This document shows positions 63,606 through 64,000 of a stretch of DNA of 64,000 bases, in pieces. The DNA lies in the NCBI GenBank assembly GCA_951406725.2, contig OX597814.1, positions 73,284,001 through 73,348,000 on the forward strand, read 5' to 3'. Under the pieces are notes generated by a model that had not been told where the DNA came from, ran no database searches, and worked only from the letters and a program-made list of their open reading frames with translations. Position 1 is the first letter of the stretch. Each line of letters opens with the position of its first letter. Position numbers and translations under genes: made by a program. Origin of the DNA: Octopus vulgaris. Its lineage: Eukaryota.

Positions 63606-64000
63606 TCTTTTATTAGCCACAAGTGCTTTACATAAAATAACATTAAAGGACATGCAACAACAATGGGTTTTACAGCGTGTAAACATTTAAAAACAATAAA
63701 GAATTAAACAAATCAAAACTCCCAATAGAGGAGGCGCTTTAAGGTCCTCTTGGAAAACTCCACAAAAACCACGGGTTCCTGATCAACAGATCAAGAGCCC
63801 TTTTCCTTTAATTCTTTTTCACAGGTGTATACTTTTTTATTTTAAGCAAAACGGATTAAAGCAGATTGCAAAAAGAACTGGCAGAAACAAATTGAGGAGC
63901 GGTGGAGCCAGAAGCTTCGTAGCCGAAATGCTGATGTAGACCAAGCAACAACCCATCAGTGGCTGAGAAGCTCAGGACTGAAAGCTGAGACTGAAGGTTT
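63550..64000 (-). mobile_element. Possible LINE 3' end with (TAA)n tail
   Basis: AATAAA on minus strand directly before the (TTA)n tract; no ORF in view. Confidence 0.35.

Overview
AT-rich, repeat-dominated animal genomic DNA, most likely an octopus (inferred from the octopus OK/OR-like tRNA-SINE and the density of (TA)n/(CA)n/(TATG)n tracts). I found no host protein-coding exon I can support; most ORFs in the track are microsatellite translations. The window holds a near-complete Penelope-like element (upstream ORF, RT, GIY-YIG, 3' hammerhead), several RTE LINE remnants, Dong/R4-type RLE retrotransposons, three tRNA-SINE families, Tc1/mariner relics, non-autonomous Helitrons and a solo LTR. 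The most striking feature is a set of short non-coding elements, unrelated in sequence, each carrying a minimal type I hammerhead ribozyme motif (often the U3-A8 core variant, with a palindromic stem III). They form ~350-460 bp tandem units and/or fold-backs that all have the same polarity and sit in microsatellites. One has a tRNA/Pol III head, and one inverts at the predicted self-cleavage site. All structures were read by eye; nothing was computed or searched.
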